NCBI GenBank assembly: GCA_044229845.1
Contig: JBGASG010000012.1
Location: forward strand, 11,648-75,647
DNA from: Candidatus Obscuribacteraceae bacterium
Lineage (GTDB): Bacteria; Cyanobacteriota; Vampirovibrionia; Obscuribacterales; Obscuribacteraceae
Length of the DNA stretch: 64,000 nucleotides
Direction: 5' to 3'
Within the stretch, counting starts at the first letter, position 1. Every line of letters starts with the position of its first letter. The notes below the pieces were generated by a model that saw only the letters and a list, made by a program, of their open reading frames with translations, ran no database searches and had not been told where the DNA came from. The position numbers were made by a program, and so were the translations under genes. Shown one piece after another: positions 60,623 to 64,000 of this stretch.

Positions 60623-63271
60623 ATGACCATCACGCCTGACAACACCCAGCCTATCGAGCATTATCGGCTCCTCGTATGTTTTATTTGTTATGTACCGGGT
60701 ATTTATCTAGCGGAAGTTGGCTACCCTGCAGCGCCAGGTCGGGCTATGTCATCCGAACACGCGGGACAGAATCCAGGACATTCATCCGAACCAGTCCAAA
60801 GGCTGGACGGTGAGATTTCTGCGCTGGGATTGAGACCGGCTCTGGAGCAGATCTTGGCGTCCGGGATTGAGGTCGGCATCCTGCACGTCGCCGCCCCCAA
60901 CCGGTCCGGTGCCCTGTTCATACGCACCGGAGCAGTCAAAGCCGCAATCGCACCCGCTTCCAACTTGCAGGGCATGCCGGCCCTCAAGCAAGTGCTGGCC
61001 GCCGGCGAAGGTAAATTCCGATTTTCCACTGAGCTCCCGCGCGAGCCAATTCGCGAAACGCTCAATATCGACATCGGCTCCCTGCTCGCATGGCGCAATG
61101 CCAACGTCGCCGACCAGATTCCATCTCTGGCTGAAGCACTGAGCGTCCTGTCCGCCAATGCTTACAGCACCTGGCCGACCGGACAGGAACAGCGACCGAC
61201 CGTCGCCGGCCCTCCGCCTGAACAGCAAGCCGCTGCTCCGTCCGCCCCGCCTCAGCAAGCCCCGTCCAGCGCCGACTTATTTGGGCTGCAAGAAGCGCTG
61301 GCCGCCTACGAAGAACAGAAAAAACAAGAGCGGCAGCAGACAGGCGAAGACCAGAGCGACAGCGCCAGACAGTACACCCTGGAGCAGATGCAGTTTCAAC
61401 AGGGTGCGATTCCCACTCCCGCGCCAGCCAGCAAGAGCGGTGAAATCACGCAGCGCTACGACATCAGCGATTTGAAGGCGATCGCCACACCTGAGACGGC
61501 CGCCCCAGGCAGTGCCGCGCTGGGCGCCGCCGCCGGCAACATGCGCGCCACAGGCGAGATGAACACCACGGGCGAACGTCCACGCGACCGCATCCAGGGT
61601 GACCCACGCCGCATCAGCATGCCCTATCAACGGGTGGGAGGACACGACCGCCCCAGCGGGGCGCACCGCATGCCGGGTGCGCCCGGAGCGCCCGGTGCGC
61701 CGGATCCCACCGCCATGCGCAGCACTGCTGAACTGACACTGCCCACCGGCGAGACTCTGAAAGCCTCTAAAGTGCGCCAGTTGCGGCACACACTGATCAG
61801 TGTCGGCATCGCCGGCGTGCTGCTTTTGACGGCGGTGATTGCCACCAACAAGATGCTGTCGGAAACCAATTCGGCGCAGAACTATGCCCGCGGGACGAAA
61901 CTGCTCAAGGACGGATACAAAGACCTGGCGAAAAAGAGTTTCGACAAAGTGTTGGCGTCCGATCCGAAACACATCAAGGCGCTTCTGGCGCGCGGTACAG
62001 CCAATATTCAACTCAACGACCTCCCGGCAGCCCAACGCGACTTCGATGCGGTACTGGAGATCGACAAGAAAAACCTTGATGCGCTCAACGGCAAGGCTCT
62101 GTGCTATCTCAAAATGCGTGACTTCAACCGGGCTGTGTCCGCCACTGAAGATCTGCTGATGATCGCGCCCAGAAACATTGAGGCACTGTCCACCTCAGCT
62201 CAAGCTCTGCTGGAACTGCGCAGATTTAAGCTGGCACAAGATGCTGCGGACAGAATCATCGCCGCCAAGCCTGACACCGGCATGGCAGCTGCTTATTCAT
62301 TGCGCGGAGACTCATTTTTCGGTCGCCAGAAATTTGTCGATGCCCGCAAAGACTACAGCGAGGCGCTTACGCTCGAACCGGGCAATCGGGCTAATTATGC
62401 CAAGCGTGCCCGCACCGCCTTGCAGGTGGACGACTTTCAGGGCGCGGTCGCAGACACTACCCAAGCCATCTTCGGGGATCAGAGCAACCCCGACCTGTAC
62501 ATGCTGCGCGGTCAAGCCTACGAAAAGCTGAACCAACCAGACAAAGCAGTCCAGGACTATGACAAGGCAGTCGGACTGAAACCAGGCCGCGACACCTACG
62601 CAGCGCGCGCGCATGCGCACCTGTCCATGAAAAACTATAACCGCGCCGCCGCTGACCTGGCTGAAGTGCTTAAAGACCCCAAGGCGCCAAAGATCTATCA
62701 CGATGAATTGGCGATGGTGCAACAGAAAATCAAGACGATGCCGGTGGCGAAAATCGATATGGATGCTTTAATTGGCAAGCCCGAAAAAGCTGTCGTCATG
62801 AAGTACGAACAAATGGTGCCGCACGGTCAGGCCTTGCTGGAATCTGGACGAGCCGCCGATGCCGTCAAAATACTGACAATGGCTGTCCGCGCCAAACCTC
62901 AAGACGTCTGGGCCAGGCGCTACCTGGCTCGCGCCATGGCGATGGCCGGCATGCCTCAACAAGCTATCGATCAGTTCAAGCAAGTGCAGTTCACTGACCG
63001 ATTGGGTCCAAAAGATCGCACCGCCTATGCACACGCGCTCGTCGACCTGAAACAGCCCAACGAGGCTATTTCGCTGCTCAACGGTGTGGTCTCTGAAGAC
63101 CCGGATTACGCCGACGCGCGCATATTACTCATCGAGTGCCTGCTAAAGAGGAATGACCGCGCCAACGCGGTAGAACTTTGCCGCGTTGGCTTGAGCCGCG
63201 CCAGAACCGCCAAGGACCAAGAAAACTTCCAGAAGCTCTATCAAGTTGCGGTTGGTTGGCAGGGCAAATAG
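60623..63271 (+). CDS. DUF4388-like N-terminal domain + single TM + multi-TPR protein
   Basis: ORF 60623..63271; the functional start is more likely ATG 60746 (MSSEHAGQNP). GILHVAAPNRSGALFIRTGAVKAAI...GMPALKQVLAAGEGKFRFS fits the DUF4388 pattern. The TM helix is LISVGIAGVLLLTAVIATN. At least 10 TPR-like repeats follow. Confidence 0.8.
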   Translation: MTITPDNTQPIEHYRLLVCFICYVPGIYLAEVGYPAAPGRAMSSEHAGQNPGHSSEPVQRLDGEISALGLRPALEQILASGIEVGILHVAAPNRSGALFIRTGAVKAAIAPASNLQGMPALKQVLAAGEGKFRFSTELPREPIRETLNIDIGSLLAWRNANVADQIPSLAEALSVLSANAYSTWPTGQEQRPTVAGPPPEQQAAAPSAPPQQAPSSADLFGLQEALAAYEEQKKQERQQTGEDQSDSARQYTLEQMQFQQGAIPTPAPASKSGEITQRYDISDLKAIATPETAAPGSAALGAAAGNMRATGEMNTTGERPRDRIQGDPRRISMPYQRVGGHDRPSGAHRMPGAPGAPGAPDPTAMRSTAELTLPTGETLKASKVRQLRHTLISVGIAGVLLLTAVIATNKMLSETNSAQNYARGTKLLKDGYKDLAKKSFDKVLASDPKHIKALLARGTANIQLNDLPAAQRDFDAVLEIDKKNLDALNGKALCYLKMRDFNRAVSATEDLLMIAPRNIEALSTSAQALLELRRFKLAQDAADRIIAAKPDTGMAAAYSLRGDSFFGRQKFVDARKDYSEALTLEPGNRANYAKRARTALQVDDFQGAVADTTQAIFGDQSNPDLYMLRGQAYEKLNQPDKAVQDYDKAVGLKPGRDTYAARAHAHLSMKNYNRAAADLAEVLKDPKAPKIYHDELAMVQQKIKTMPVAKIDMDALIGKPEKAVVMKYEQMVPHGQALLESGRAADAVKILTMAVRAKPQDVWARRYLARAMAMAGMPQQAIDQFKQVQFTDRLGPKDRTAYAHALVDLKQPNEAISLLNGVVSEDPDYADARILLIECLLKRNDRANAVELCRVGLSRARTAKDQENFQKLYQVAVGWQGK

Positions 63272-63409
63272 CCGAATCCGGACGGAACGAGGATCGCAGT
63301 GCACGTGCCTCGCTTCAAGTTGACCCCTCGTATTCCCTAGGCTACAGTGGTATTAGTCTGGAATCCGATCCCGCCTTATGCATCCTGAGTTACCTGAGAG
63401 GTTCACACC

Positions 63410-64000
63410 GTGAAGGCTCAAAAACACGTACGGGCACCCCGTGGTAATACCCTCGCGATGGTCGCCGGCGTGACGATTGTTTTGCTCATGGTCGTCGGAC
63501 TGATTGTTCTCTATCTCTCGATGGTCCGTTCAGGCAGCGAACACAGGAGCGCCATCGACTCAGCCGCGCTGGCGGCAGCCAAAGACATCTCCCGCATCGC
63601 GATTAACACGCCTGAGTTTGGTTGGGTTGCATTGACCACCGAACCACCAATCGGACGCGACACGAATGCGCCGGACCAGTGGTTTCAGGAAGTTCATAGC
63701 CTCAACGAGCTAATGGCTACCGTCCGCCTCGAGATGATCATTGCTAACGAGCTGGGCGACAACTTCATGCGCGATCTGGCTATCAGCGATTACAACGACG
63801 TAATGCAAGTCAAAGACGATTTGACGACGGAAATCAACCAGGCGCTGCCCAGTGGCGGTTCTGCGAAGGATGCCGCCGGCAACACGTTGACTCCCTATCA
63901 AAGCGCCCAGCGCGTCTATCTGATGAACCAGGCGAAACAGTCCACTTATGTACCAGGCTCAATGACACTCACACTCGGATGCGTGCAGGGCGGACTGGAG
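63410..64000 (+). CDS. TadE/TadG-like (Flp pilus assembly) protein, N-terminal part; continues beyond the window
   Basis: GTG 63410 follows GAGAGGTTCACACC. VKAQKHVRAPRGNTLAMVAGVTIVLLMVVGLIVLYLSMVRSGSEHRSAIDSAALAAAKDI matches the TadE/G-like N-terminal pattern (RG...TM helix...D...AaDaAALAaA). The frame is open to 64000. Confidence 0.65.
   Translation, partial: MKAQKHVRAPRGNTLAMVAGVTIVLLMVVGLIVLYLSMVRSGSEHRSAIDSAALAAAKDISRIAINTPEFGWVALTTEPPIGRDTNAPDQWFQEVHSLNELMATVRLEMIIANELGDNFMRDLAISDYNDVMQVKDDLTTEINQALPSGGSAKDAAGNTLTPYQSAQRVYLMNQAKQSTYVPGSMTLTLGCVQGGLE

Overview
Bacterial chromosomal segment, densely coding, with about 55 protein genes. By eye it has moderately high G+C, with several clearly GC-richer blocks. 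I recognised no rRNA, tRNA, CRISPR array, transposase or integrase. All calls come from reading the sequence and the ORF translations and from remembered family motifs; no database search was possible.

Housekeeping backbone: mnmG (5' part, left edge), murF, pyrB-pyrC, rsgA, an ABC-F ATPase, translationally coupled dapC-dapD-dapE, pepA, an M24 Xaa-Pro peptidase, a PlsC-family acyltransferase, a ClC channel, allA, a secreted GH13 alpha-glucosidase, an aldo/keto reductase, a Hanks-type Ser/Thr kinase, a REC-HPt-REC-degenerate-GGDEF regulator, and a TadE/G-like pilus gene running off the right edge. Many secreted or membrane hypothetical proteins are interleaved.

Most noteworthy:
1. A secreted TPR + thioredoxin-fold gene (10806..11501) has an in-frame TGA exactly at the first Cys of the CxxC motif, followed by a hairpin. 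This is a candidate UxxC selenoprotein.
2. An uncharacterised cluster (21.6-30.5 kb) holds a 1827-aa protein (YD-like repeats, C-terminal TM + LysM-like module), two tandem paralogous single-pass helical-repeat proteins and a divergent trypsin-like protease with a glycine-zipper tail.
3. A GC-rich block carries an APH-like kinase, a cytoplasmic S8 subtilase with a large insert and a polytopic membrane protein, downstream of pepA and the M24 peptidase.
4. A GC-rich two-gene module pairs a single-ring ClpB-D2-type AAA+ ATPase (novel C-terminal domain) with a CYTH protein. It is flanked by gene-poor DNA that includes a 1.2-kb ORF-less purine-rich stretch and a triple 19-bp palindrome.
5. A 7-codon leader ORF plus terminator hairpin sits in front of the ABC-F gene.
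6. Unusual repeat and hairpin elements include three 52-bp tandem units and three perfect hairpins bounded by 20-nt direct repeats.
7. Two pseudogenes: a frameshifted NYN gene and a truncated glycogen-debranching fragment.
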